Below the pieces are notes generated by a model. It made no database searches. It saw only the letters and a program-made list of their open reading frames with translations, and was not told the origin of the DNA. Below, in pieces: positions 41,352 through 50,321 of a stretch of DNA of 64,000 nt. The DNA comes from Trueperaceae bacterium (GTDB lineage: Bacteria; Deinococcota; Deinococci; Deinococcales; Trueperaceae), in the NCBI GenBank assembly GCA_034520945.1, contig JAXHNB010000010.1:32001-96000 (forward strand). The letters are read 5' to 3'. Both the position numbers and the translations under genes were made by a program. How positions within the stretch are numbered: the stretch's first letter is position 1; every line of letters begins with the position of its first letter.

Positions 41352-42257
41352 CTAGATCAGGGGCTCGAACACCCCGGCCAGCAGCACCGCCGCCCGCAGG
41401 AAGAACACCCCCGCCAGCGCCGAGACCGCGGACAGCGCGAGGAGCGGCTTGTTCTTGCCGCGGACCAACGTGTACGCGCCGATCGCCAACGGGACCAGAA
41501 TGCCGATCACGACGATCCCGCCCCAGGTCATCAGGGCAAACTCGCCTGAGGTCATCGCCTGGGCGCCGAGGCGGGCGCCGGCGCTGCCGATCGAGAGGCC
41601 GATGTACAGGAAGGACAGGACGGCCAGCAGCTTGGCGGCGTCGAGCCCCATGCCCAGTCGGACCCCGAAGGCGGAGACCTGCTCGTCCACCCAGCCGAAG
41701 ACGTACATCAGCTCGAGCACGGCGATGGCGGCGATCGACCCGCTGATCACCCACAGTACCGGGATCAGCGCGCTGTTCCAGAGTGGCACGCCGGCGGCCT
41801 GGGTGATCAGGAAGCCGCTGTAGACGGTGACGGCCACGCCGAGTGCGGCGAATAGGCCCACGAAGACGTTGCTGTCATCCAGCGTTCGCGTCCAGCCCAG
41901 CCAACCGATGCGCTCGGAGAGGAACGACAGCTGGGCGACCACCAGGATCAGCGTCGCCAGCAGGTGCACCGACAGCAGCATGATGCCGATCAGCATCCAG
42001 GAGCTGACGTTGAAGTCGAAGTTCACGACCATCAGCCACAGCGTGCGCGGCAGGTTCCACCAGCGGCCCAGGTGGCTGACCACCAGGAGCAGACCGACGA
42101 CCAGCGATCCGAAGATCACCAGCGCCAACGGTCGGCGGCGTACGAAGTAGTAGGCGACCGATCCCATGCCGGCGATGCCGACGAACCACAGGAACCAGGC
42201 GATCGACCAGCCCCAGTGGGCGATGTCGACCTGCATGTGAAGCTCGGCCGGTGTCAT
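41352..42257 (-). CDS. NrfD/PsrC-family membrane anchor subunit
   Basis: WGWSIA, HLGR, SSWM..G, YSGFLI....VPLWN, GVFFLR; about 8 TM; start overlaps the stop of the FeS subunit. Confidence 0.9.
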   Translation of the reverse strand: MTPAELHMQVDIAHWGWSIAWFLWFVGIAGMGSVAYYFVRRRPLALVIFGSLVVGLLLVVSHLGRWWNLPRTLWLMVVNFDFNVSSWMLIGIMLLSVHLLATLILVVAQLSFLSERIGWLGWTRTLDDSNVFVGLFAALGVAVTVYSGFLITQAAGVPLWNSALIPVLWVISGSIAAIAVLELMYVFGWVDEQVSAFGVRLGMGLDAAKLLAVLSFLYIGLSIGSAGARLGAQAMTSGEFALMTWGGIVVIGILVPLAIGAYTLVRGKNKPLLALSAVSALAGVFFLRAAVLLAGVFEPLI

Positions 42258-42862
42258 CAGGATCCCTCCACCACGAAGTACTTGGGCTCGGTACCGGCGT
42301 CCTCGAGCAGGCGCCGGCTGCGCTTGGTCCTCAGCGTGATGCTGACGCTGCTGTCCGGGTCGTTCAGGTCGCCGAAGTCGCGGGCCATCGCCGGGCAGGC
42401 CTGCACGCAGGCGGGCGGAAGCCCGTTCGCGATCAGCTCCTGGCAGCCCTCGCCCATGCACTTCTCGGGCAGGTGCGTGTCGGGGTGGAACCAGCGCACG
42501 TTGTACGGGCAGCTGGTCACGCAGTAGCTGCAGCCGGCGCAGCGGGTCGGATCGAGTTGGACCAGGCCGTCATTGTCGTAATAGACGGCGCCGAACGGGC
42601 AGTTGGTCACGCACGGCGCGTTCTCGCAGTGCTGGCACTGCACCAGCAGCACCTCGGGGCGGCCCTGGGCTGTGACGCTGTCGATGCGGCGGATGTTGGA
42701 CGCGAGCGAGTTCCAGCCCTTCTCCTCGCGCGCCATCATGTCGGGGGCGTTGGTCGAGGTGCAGGCCATCACGCAGGCGCCGCAGGCGATGCACCTGCTG
42801 GCGTCCCATACGTGCGCGAGCCGGCGTTCGGGCGTTTCTCCTCGCTTCAGGCGGGTGCTCAT
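42257..42862 (-). CDS. Four-cluster FeS subunit (PsrB/NrfC/DmsB family)
   Basis: CIACGACVMAC, CQHCENAPCVTNCP, CAGCSYCVTSCP, KCMGEGC...PACVQACP. Confidence 0.95.
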   Translation of the reverse strand: MSTRLKRGETPERRLAHVWDASRCIACGACVMACTSTNAPDMMAREEKGWNSLASNIRRIDSVTAQGRPEVLLVQCQHCENAPCVTNCPFGAVYYDNDGLVQLDPTRCAGCSYCVTSCPYNVRWFHPDTHLPEKCMGEGCQELIANGLPPACVQACPAMARDFGDLNDPDSSVSITLRTKRSRRLLEDAGTEPKYFVVEGS

Positions 42863-42880
42863 TTCAGGAATCCTCCTCGC

Positions 42881-45427
42881 TCACGCCCGGCGGATGCGCA
42901 CGGAGGCGTTGTTGGCGTTGGCGCCGGTGACCGGGTCGACCGTCGCCCTGGAGAACCAGTGCGGGTTGATGCCCTGGGCCCTTCGGGCGAAGCGTTCGTC
43001 CTCGGCGACGCCGCGGCCGCGGTGACCGCCGGAGTAGGAGTAGACGAACAGCGCGCCGGGGTGCACACGCGGCGTGACGTTGACGGTGGTGGTGGCCTTC
43101 CAACCGGTGTCGAGGCCCTCGATCTCGATCTCGTCGTCGCTGGCGAGGCCGAGCCGGGCGGCGTCGTCGGGGTGGATCCAGACGCGGTTGTCCAGCAGGT
43201 ACTGGGTCGGGAAGGCGAGGCTGGAGACGCCGGACGAACCGATCGGGCTCTTGCCGTTGACCAGGAAGAACTCGTCATCGCCGCGCGGCATGGTGTAGGC
43301 GGGCGGGTCGAAGTAGGTCGCGAAACCGCGCTCGCGGTAGCCGCGCAGCACCGGCCGGAACGCGTAGATCTCGAGCCGGCCGCTGGGCGAGGCGAAGGGA
43401 CGGTTGTACGGCGTGCCGCCGTAGCGCTGCTCCTGGAAGGTGACGAAGCCCTTCTCGCGGAGCTCGGCGAGCAGCTCGTCGGGATCGCGGTTCCAGTTCT
43501 CCGCCAGCTTCTCGATCTGGAGTTGCTCGACGTGGTGGAACCAGTCGCGCTTCCAGGTGTCCACATCGGCCATGCGCTCGTCGTGACCCATCATCGCGGC
43601 CTTCTGCGGGTAGGCGGCGCGCAGCATCTCCAGGGCGATCCAGGCGTCCGGGCGGACGTCGGCGCCCTCGGGCGGGTCGGTGACCTTCTGCTGCAGCGCC
43701 GCGGTCGCGGTCATGGTCCAGCCGACGCCCGTGAGGTGGTCGCGCTCCAGGAACATCTCGGCCGGCAGCACGTAGTCGGACCAGTCGTTCAGCTCCTGGT
43801 CGACGATATCGACATTGACGATCAGGTCCAGCTTCCCGAGCGCCTCCTCGATGCGGGCGACGTTGGGGTCGCGGTGGAAGATCGTCGCGCCGAACAGCAC
43901 CAGCGCCGACACCTTGTACGGGTCCTCGTCGAGCACGCCGCCGAGCACCGCGTCGAAGGTGGCGTTCGTCTCGGGGTAGACCGCCTTGTCGATGCGTGGG
44001 GCGTCGGACTTGAGCTCGAAGCTGTCGCCGGTGATCAGCGAGACCATGCCGCCGGAGTTGCCGATCACGCCGGGGACCTTGGAGCTGGGGCGGACGCACA
44101 TGCCGCCGAGGCGGTCGAGGTTTCCGAGCAGACCGTTGACGGTCATGAGCGCCATGATCACGTCGGTGTCGTTGCCGTTTCGCGTGTTGTACCAGGTGTC
44201 CTCGACGACGCCCTGCATGGTGTGCAGCTCGCGGGCGATCCGCGCGATCGTCGCGGCGGGGACGCCGGTGATCTCTGCGGCCCGCTCGGGCGCGTAGTCG
44301 TCCAGGTGCTCCAGCAGCAGGTTCCATGCCGTGGTGACGGTCGCCTCGCTCCCGTCGGCAAGCGTGAGCGTGCCGGCGTAGACCAGCTCGGGCTCGAGGT
44401 CCTCGTCCTGGTGGAAGGCGATCTGGCCGTCGGTGCCCATCAGCGCGAACAGGCCCTCGTCGCCGTCCTCCTGCAGGTCGGCCTGGGTGAGCGGCTGGCC
44501 GTCGTCCTTGATGAGGAGAGGAAGGTTGGTGTAGCGGGTGACGAAGTCCTCGTCGAAGCGTGCCTCGTCGATCAGCACGTGGGCGACGCCCAGCATGAAC
44601 GCCGCGTCGGTGCCGGGCGTGCACGACAGCCACTCGGCGTCGGCGTAGGCCACGTCGGGGTGGGCCGGGTTGAGGAAGACGACCTTGGCGCCGTGCTCGC
44701 GGGCCTTCGCCAGGCGGTGGACCGCGCCGATCGGGGCGTTGAGGCTGCGGCCCGGGAACACCACGTAACGCAGGTTGTCGTAGTCGGGGTCGATCACCGC
44801 GTGGTGGTCGAAGCCGCTGCCCATCATCCAGCGGCGGCCGACGACGCCGGCGGTGTTGCAGGTGCTGGCCTGCGTGATCATGTTGGGCGAGCCCAGGCCC
44901 CAGGCCAGCAGGCTGGCCTCGGTCTTGTAGTCGTGGGTGCTGACGACGACCGAGCGGGCGCCGTCGCGTTCGACGATCTCGCGGAGCTTCGCGCCGATCT
45001 CTTCGAAGGCCTGCTCCCAGGTGATCTCCTCATAGCGGCCCTCGCCGCGCTCGCCGACGCGCTTGCGGGGCTTGCGCAGCCGCAGCGGGCTGTTCCACGT
45101 GTAGGGCGCGGTGGCGCCGCGCCCGCACATGCCGCGTTGCGGGTGGTCGGGGTGTTGGTTGGGGAGGATCAGCATGGCATCCTCGCCCGGCGGCATCCCC
45201 TTCTTCACCAGTCCGGTCAGGCCGCAGCCGGCGCCGCACTGGTGGCAGATGGTGTGACGCACCAGGTAGCCGTTGCGTTCGAGCCCCTCGACATCGATGC
45301 CGTCGGGCCCGAAGAACGGCTGCGCGTCGACCCAGCCCTTCTGCGCCAGCAATGCGGCGGTGGCCACCGACGCCGAGCCGGCGAGGAACCGGCGGCGGCT
45401 GACGGGCCGTTCGTGGAAGCTTCGCAT
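42881..45427 (-). CDS. Tat-exported Mo/W-bisPGD oxidoreductase catalytic subunit, polysulfide/thiosulfate reductase (PsrA/PhsA)-like
   Basis: SRRRFL Tat motif; CHQCGAGC...CGRG FS0 cluster; ISWD-like ITWEQA; QASTC putative Cys ligand; PGTDAA, DYVLP..FLER, SPSGRLE, WIHPDDA. Confidence 0.9.
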   Translation of the reverse strand: MRSFHERPVSRRRFLAGSASVATAALLAQKGWVDAQPFFGPDGIDVEGLERNGYLVRHTICHQCGAGCGLTGLVKKGMPPGEDAMLILPNQHPDHPQRGMCGRGATAPYTWNSPLRLRKPRKRVGERGEGRYEEITWEQAFEEIGAKLREIVERDGARSVVVSTHDYKTEASLLAWGLGSPNMITQASTCNTAGVVGRRWMMGSGFDHHAVIDPDYDNLRYVVFPGRSLNAPIGAVHRLAKAREHGAKVVFLNPAHPDVAYADAEWLSCTPGTDAAFMLGVAHVLIDEARFDEDFVTRYTNLPLLIKDDGQPLTQADLQEDGDEGLFALMGTDGQIAFHQDEDLEPELVYAGTLTLADGSEATVTTAWNLLLEHLDDYAPERAAEITGVPAATIARIARELHTMQGVVEDTWYNTRNGNDTDVIMALMTVNGLLGNLDRLGGMCVRPSSKVPGVIGNSGGMVSLITGDSFELKSDAPRIDKAVYPETNATFDAVLGGVLDEDPYKVSALVLFGATIFHRDPNVARIEEALGKLDLIVNVDIVDQELNDWSDYVLPAEMFLERDHLTGVGWTMTATAALQQKVTDPPEGADVRPDAWIALEMLRAAYPQKAAMMGHDERMADVDTWKRDWFHHVEQLQIEKLAENWNRDPDELLAELREKGFVTFQEQRYGGTPYNRPFASPSGRLEIYAFRPVLRGYRERGFATYFDPPAYTMPRGDDEFFLVNGKSPIGSSGVSSLAFPTQYLLDNRVWIHPDDAARLGLASDDEIEIEGLDTGWKATTTVNVTPRVHPGALFVYSYSGGHRGRGVAEDERFARRAQGINPHWFSRATVDPVTGANANNASVRIRRA

Positions 45428-45452
45428 CGACACCCAACCTCCCATCTCACGG

Positions 45453-45470
45453 TCGTGATTCATTTCACGA
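45453..45470. promoter_or_regulatory. Palindromic operator, Rex- or CRP/FNR-family-like, upstream of psrA
   Basis: TCGTGA-TTCATT-TCACGA, lying just downstream of a minus-strand TTGCCG(45511-45506)-18 bp-TAGCGT(45487-45482) promoter candidate. Confidence 0.55.
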
Positions 45471-45651
45471 TCTCGCCATTGACGCTAGGCTGTGTAGAGG
45501 TCTCCCGGCAACGGAAGAATGTCCCCAGGCCGAGGCCAACGCTCCGCCGGCACGCGTGCCAGCGCTGAGGGCCGCTTTCGGTCGTCGAGATCGGGCAGGA
45601 TCACTGCAACGGGCACTGGGCCCACGGGCCTCGAAGCAGAAGGGAGCACGC

Positions 45652-46089
45652 ATGAAGCGAAACCTGATCGTCCTGCTCGTCCCCCTGTTGGTGACCGGCG
45701 CCGCAGGCCAGGTCGAGTCCACCGCCGCGTCGGAACGGATGGCCGAGGTCATCGAACGGGCCAGCCGGTCCGGCTGGTTGCAGCTTGGCGTCGAAGAAGC
45801 GGCCGCGTACATCATCCAAGTGGAGCCGTTCCTCCTGGATGTACGCACGGTCGACGAGTTCGACGACGGCTACATCGAGGGCGCCGTGAACGTGCCGGTC
45901 ACCGAACTGGACGCCAACCTGCATCGACTGCCCACCGACCTGGACACGCCGATCCTGGTGTACTGCGCGAAAGGCACGCGCAGCTTTTGGGCGCAGGCGT
46001 ACCTGACGGCCCTCGGCTACGACAACGTGCAGAACCTGCGGGAGGGGTTCCGCGCTTGGCGCGCGGCGGGTTTTCCGAGCGCACCCTGA
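45652..46089 (+). CDS. Secreted single-domain rhodanese (sulfurtransferase)
   Basis: Signal peptide MKRNLIVLLVPLLVTGAAG; LLDVRTVDEF..GYIEGAVNVP, active loop YCAKGTRS, GFRAW. Confidence 0.9.
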   Translation: MKRNLIVLLVPLLVTGAAGQVESTAASERMAEVIERASRSGWLQLGVEEAAAYIIQVEPFLLDVRTVDEFDDGYIEGAVNVPVTELDANLHRLPTDLDTPILVYCAKGTRSFWAQAYLTALGYDNVQNLREGFRAWRAAGFPSAP

Positions 46090-46166
46090 CGGCGCCCTCC
46101 GAACCACATGATCGGGACCCCTTCCGCCTCGGACAGGGGCCCTCGATTCGCGCGGTCAGCGGGGGC

Positions 46167-47513
46167 TCAGTCGAAGCCCGGCACGGCCTGGGGCACTGCG
46201 ATGGGACGGCTGCACGCCGGCTCCTGCTCGAACAGGGCACGCTCGGCCTCCGGCAGGGTGGCGCGGGCCAGGTCGCGAATGCCGTTCACGCCGATGAAGA
46301 ACTCCCGCATCATCACCACCAGCAGGTAACGGCCGGTCTCGGTCAGTTCGAGCGCGTCGCCGTCGTCGCGTGCGAAGGCGCCGGCGGCCTTCAGGAAGGC
46401 GTACTCCAGCCACAACGCCCGTTCCACGGGCGCCCCATGGTCCCGGGCGAAGGCGCGCTTGTCCAACCGCAGGCCGAACAGGTCGATCATCATGCGGTAG
46501 CGGCGCCGGTCGCGGCGGCTCAGCGGCATGCGGGCGTCCACGCTGAGGCGGCCCTCCTCGATGGCCTCCTGGTAGCTGCGGAGCGAGAAGGTGTTGGCGT
46601 AGATCTCGCCGCCCAGGTAGCTGAACGAGCCGCTGCCCACCCCCACGTACTCCGCGTGATCCACGATGTACTCGTCGATCAAGGACGGGGCCTCGCTCGA
46701 GGAGGCCACGCGCGAGAAGGCCCAGGCCGAGGCGGGGGCGTAGCGTCCCGCCAGCGTCCGCGAGATCAGGCGGTACTGTCGCGCCTCGCGCCGGTCGTCC
46801 ACGCGGCCCAGGGCGCGCTCCAGCGGCCGCGCCACCGACGGGGACACCATCAACGGGTAGTAGGTGATCTGGTCCGGGTCGGCGTCGACCAGGAGTTCCA
46901 TGTCGCGCTGCAGGATCTCGTCCGTCAGCGAGGGCAGGTTGAAGATCATGTCGACGTTGAGGGTCGGCAAGCGCCCCCGCGCGGCGTCGAGGCCCGCCAG
47001 GATCTGCGCGGCCGAGCCGTACTTGTCGTGCCGCTTCATCTGCCGCAACAGGTCGTCGTTCAGGCTCTGCACGCCGACCGACAGGCGCTGCACGCGACCT
47101 TCCAGCGGCCCCAGCACCGCGTCGTTCAGGTGGTTCGGGTTCGTCTCCGTCGATACCTCGCCGACGTCGAACAGGTCACGGGCCAGATCGATGGTGGCGA
47201 CCAGCTCGCCCACGTCGACCGTGGGCGTGCCGCCGCCGATGTACATCGACGAGAAGCGGTACCCGCGGTCCGCCAGGATCCGCATTTCCTCCCGGAGCGA
47301 CCGGAAGTACCGGTGGGCGGCATCCTCGCGGTAGGGAAATCGATTGAACGAGCAATACGGGCACAACAACTCGCAGAACGGCACGTGCGCGTACAGCAGC
47401 AGCTCCGCGCCTTGCGCCGGTCGCGGCAGGGCGCCGGGGCGGTGCGGTTCCAGGGTGAGCTGCTGGGATCGCAAACCGCGGAGCTTGCGGGTGAGGAGCC
47501 ACCCCGCGATCAT
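46167..47513 (-). CDS. menK: HemN-like class C radical SAM enzyme, probable menaquinone methyltransferase (MenK/MqnK family)
   Basis: HVPFCELLCPYCSF, YIGGGTPT, RLSVGVQS, QITYYPLM signature, C-terminal MREFFIGVN. Confidence 0.8.
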   Translation of the reverse strand: MIAGWLLTRKLRGLRSQQLTLEPHRPGALPRPAQGAELLLYAHVPFCELLCPYCSFNRFPYREDAAHRYFRSLREEMRILADRGYRFSSMYIGGGTPTVDVGELVATIDLARDLFDVGEVSTETNPNHLNDAVLGPLEGRVQRLSVGVQSLNDDLLRQMKRHDKYGSAAQILAGLDAARGRLPTLNVDMIFNLPSLTDEILQRDMELLVDADPDQITYYPLMVSPSVARPLERALGRVDDRREARQYRLISRTLAGRYAPASAWAFSRVASSSEAPSLIDEYIVDHAEYVGVGSGSFSYLGGEIYANTFSLRSYQEAIEEGRLSVDARMPLSRRDRRRYRMMIDLFGLRLDKRAFARDHGAPVERALWLEYAFLKAAGAFARDDGDALELTETGRYLLVVMMREFFIGVNGIRDLARATLPEAERALFEQEPACSRPIAVPQAVPGFD

Positions 47514-47736
47514 CGGGGCCGACCATCAAGGCGGGCAGGACGGGGGCGATAAGAAAGCCGGGCGCTCATGTCGGTGATTCTCGTACGGGTGCCGCTGGCA
47601 TGCTAGGGCAGGATATCCCGGCCGGCGCGGCCGGCGGCGGATCGCACCGTCCCTTGACGGGTCGGTCTGCGATCGGCGTGAATGGTGCGTGGCGGCCCGC
47701 CGCCGAGGGGCCGCCTGCACGGGAGGAGTCCCAGCC

Positions 47737-48738
47737 ATGAAGGTCGCCGTGTTCAGCACCAAGACGTACGACCAGCGCCACCTGGCGCACGCCAACCAGC
47801 ACCACGGGCACGAGCTGACGTTCTTCGAGCCGCGCCTGCACCTCGATACCGCCGTGCTGGCCGCAGGATTTCCCGTGGTCTGCGCGTTCGTGAACGACCG
47901 GCTCGATGCCGAGGTATTGCAGCGCCTGGCGGAGGGGGGCACCAAACTGATCGCCCTGCGGTCGGCAGGGTTCAACCACGTCGACCTCCACGCGGCCGAA
48001 CGGCTCGGCATGACCATCGCCCGCGTGCCGGCCTACTCGCCGCACGCCGTGGCCGAGCATGCCTTGGCCCTCGTCCTGGCGCTGAACCGCAAGATCTACC
48101 GCGCCTACAACCGGGTGCGCGAAGGCAACTTCGCGTTGGAGGGGCTGATCGGCTTCGACATGCACGGCAAGACGGTCGGGGTGGTGGGGACCGGCAAGAT
48201 CGGCGCCACCTTCGCGCGCATCGTGCACGGGATGGGGTGCCAGGTGCTGGCGCTGGACCCGTACCCGAACCCGGACCTCGACGCCATCGCCGAGTACGTG
48301 TCGCAGGACGACCTCTTCGCCCGCGCGGACGTCGTGTCGCTGCATTGCCCCCTGACGCCCGAGACGCACCACCTGATCGACGCGGCCGCGATTCGGCAGA
48401 TGAAGAGGGGCGTGACGCTGATCAACACCAGCCGGGGCCAACTGGTGGACACGCGCGCGGTGATCGACGGCCTGAAGCGTGGACGCATCGGGCGGTTGGG
48501 GCTCGACGTGTACGAGGAAGAGGGCGACCTGTTCTTCGAGGACCTGTCCAACCAGGTGATCCGCGACGACGTGTTCTCGCGGTTGTTGACCTTTCCCAAC
48601 GTGCTGATCACCGGCCATCAGGGGTTCTTCACCGAGGAGGCGTTGCACGCCATCGCCGACACGACCCTGGCCAACGTGAGCGCCTTCGCGTCGGGCGAGG
48701 GCACGTTGTACCGCGTGGACGCCGAGAAGCGCGCGTAG
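47737..48738 (+). CDS. ldhA: D-lactate dehydrogenase (D-2-hydroxyacid dehydrogenase family)
   Basis: [71 protein letters not shown]. Confidence 0.92.
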   Translation: MKVAVFSTKTYDQRHLAHANQHHGHELTFFEPRLHLDTAVLAAGFPVVCAFVNDRLDAEVLQRLAEGGTKLIALRSAGFNHVDLHAAERLGMTIARVPAYSPHAVAEHALALVLALNRKIYRAYNRVREGNFALEGLIGFDMHGKTVGVVGTGKIGATFARIVHGMGCQVLALDPYPNPDLDAIAEYVSQDDLFARADVVSLHCPLTPETHHLIDAAAIRQMKRGVTLINTSRGQLVDTRAVIDGLKRGRIGRLGLDVYEEEGDLFFEDLSNQVIRDDVFSRLLTFPNVLITGHQGFFTEEALHAIADTTLANVSAFASGEGTLYRVDAEKRA

Positions 48739-48742
48739 CGAC

Positions 48743-50284
48743 GTGCCGGCCTGGGTCGACGCCTCGTTGGCGGCATCGCCGATCGTCGTCATCCTGGTGG
48801 CGATGCTGGGACTGGGGTGGTCCGCGGCGCGGGCCGGCGCCGCCGGCCTGGCCGTCGCGCTGGCGGTGGCGTGGTGGGGGTTCGGCTACGGCACGCGCAC
48901 GCTGCCCGACCTCGGTCCCGTCATGGCGAGCGGCGGGGCGCTGCTCGAGGCAATGTTCATCGCCGCCACCATCTTGTGGATCATCTTTCCGGCGCTGTGC
49001 ATTCACGAACTCCAGTCCCGAACCGGCGCGCTGGAGGTGCTGCGGCGGGCGATGGGCCGCCTCTCGCCGGACCCGCGCATCGGGGCGCTGCTGGTGGCGT
49101 GGTTCTTCGTGCTGTTCGTGGAGGGGGCGGCGGGGTTCGGGACCTCCGTCGCGCTGGCCGCGCCGTTCCTGGTGGCGGCGGGCTTCGGCCGGGTCGAGGC
49201 GGTCACCATCGCGCTGGTCGGCCACGCCGTCGGCGTCTCGTTCGGCGCGGTCGGCACGCCCATCCTGCCCCAGATGGCGGTCACGCCGTTCACGGGGCGT
49301 GAACTGGCGTCCGCGACGGCGGCGTACCATGCGCTGGCCGGGTGGGTGATGCCGCTGCTGGCGATGCTGCTGGTGACGCGCGCGCTCCCCTCCGCTCGCG
49401 GCGGCCCGGCGATCTGGGGCTGGACGCTGCTGGCGGCGGCGGCGTTCCTGGTGCCGTTCTACGCGATCGCCCGCTTCGTGGGGCCCGAACTGCCGACCCT
49501 GGCGGGATCGCTGGTTGGCGGGGCGGTGTTCGTGGCCGCGTTGACGCTCGTGCGGCGGCTCAGGGGCACGCACGACGAGGAGGCGGCGGAAGCGCAGCCG
49601 TCCGGCGGGCTGCTGCGGGCCGGTGCGCCGTACCTGGCGCTCATCGGCCTGGTGTTGATCACCCGCTTGCTGCCCGGCGTCCGCGACGCACTGTCCGAGG
49701 CCACCGTCGCGTGGGGGCTGTCCGGGGTGTTCTCCGGCGCGTTCGCGCCGCTCTACCACCCCGGCACCATGCTGATGGCGGGCTTCCTGGCGGGGGCCGC
49801 GTTGCAACGCGCCGCCACGGGCGAGGTGACCGGCGCGGCCTGGCGTGCGCTCCGTCAGTTGGCGCCGGTGACGCTGGCGCTGGTCGCGATGTTGGCGATT
49901 TCGCGCGTGATGGTGTACGCGGGCATGATCGACGCGTTGGCCGTCGCCGCGGCCGCCGCGGCGGGTGGGGCGTGGCCGCTGTTCGCGCCGTTCGTGGGGG
50001 TGCTGGGCACGTTCGTGACGGGCTCCGCCACCGCGTCCAACATCCTGTTCACCGATTTTCAGTTCGCGACCGCCGAGCGCCTCGGCCGCCCGGCGCTGCC
50101 GCTGCTGGGGGCGCAGGGGTTCGGCGCCGCGGTCGGCAACATCGTGTGCCCGCACAACATCATCGCGGCGGGCGCGACGGTGAACCTGGCCGGGCGCGAG
50201 GGCGAGGTGTTGCGGCGCACCTTGCCGGTCGCGCTGCTCTACGCCGCGATGGGCGGGGTGCTGGCGTGGTGGGTGTTCGGGTGA
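48743..50284 (+). CDS. lctP: Lactate permease (LctP family)
   Basis: Multi-TM; FVEGAAGFGT, VSFGAVGTP, GTFVTGSATASN.LF. Confidence 0.9.
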   Translation: MPAWVDASLAASPIVVILVAMLGLGWSAARAGAAGLAVALAVAWWGFGYGTRTLPDLGPVMASGGALLEAMFIAATILWIIFPALCIHELQSRTGALEVLRRAMGRLSPDPRIGALLVAWFFVLFVEGAAGFGTSVALAAPFLVAAGFGRVEAVTIALVGHAVGVSFGAVGTPILPQMAVTPFTGRELASATAAYHALAGWVMPLLAMLLVTRALPSARGGPAIWGWTLLAAAAFLVPFYAIARFVGPELPTLAGSLVGGAVFVAALTLVRRLRGTHDEEAAEAQPSGGLLRAGAPYLALIGLVLITRLLPGVRDALSEATVAWGLSGVFSGAFAPLYHPGTMLMAGFLAGAALQRAATGEVTGAAWRALRQLAPVTLALVAMLAISRVMVYAGMIDALAVAAAAAAGGAWPLFAPFVGVLGTFVTGSATASNILFTDFQFATAERLGRPALPLLGAQGFGAAVGNIVCPHNIIAAGATVNLAGREGEVLRRTLPVALLYAAMGGVLAWWVFG

Positions 50285-50321
50285 GGGCGCGACGGGCGTT
50301 GCTCCCGGGTCCCTGAGGCGC

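Noticed and set aside
42251..45568. 1105-aa plus-strand ORF
   Set aside because: Antisense shadow of the psrA/psrB genes; no motifs; long antisense ORFs are expected at this GC content
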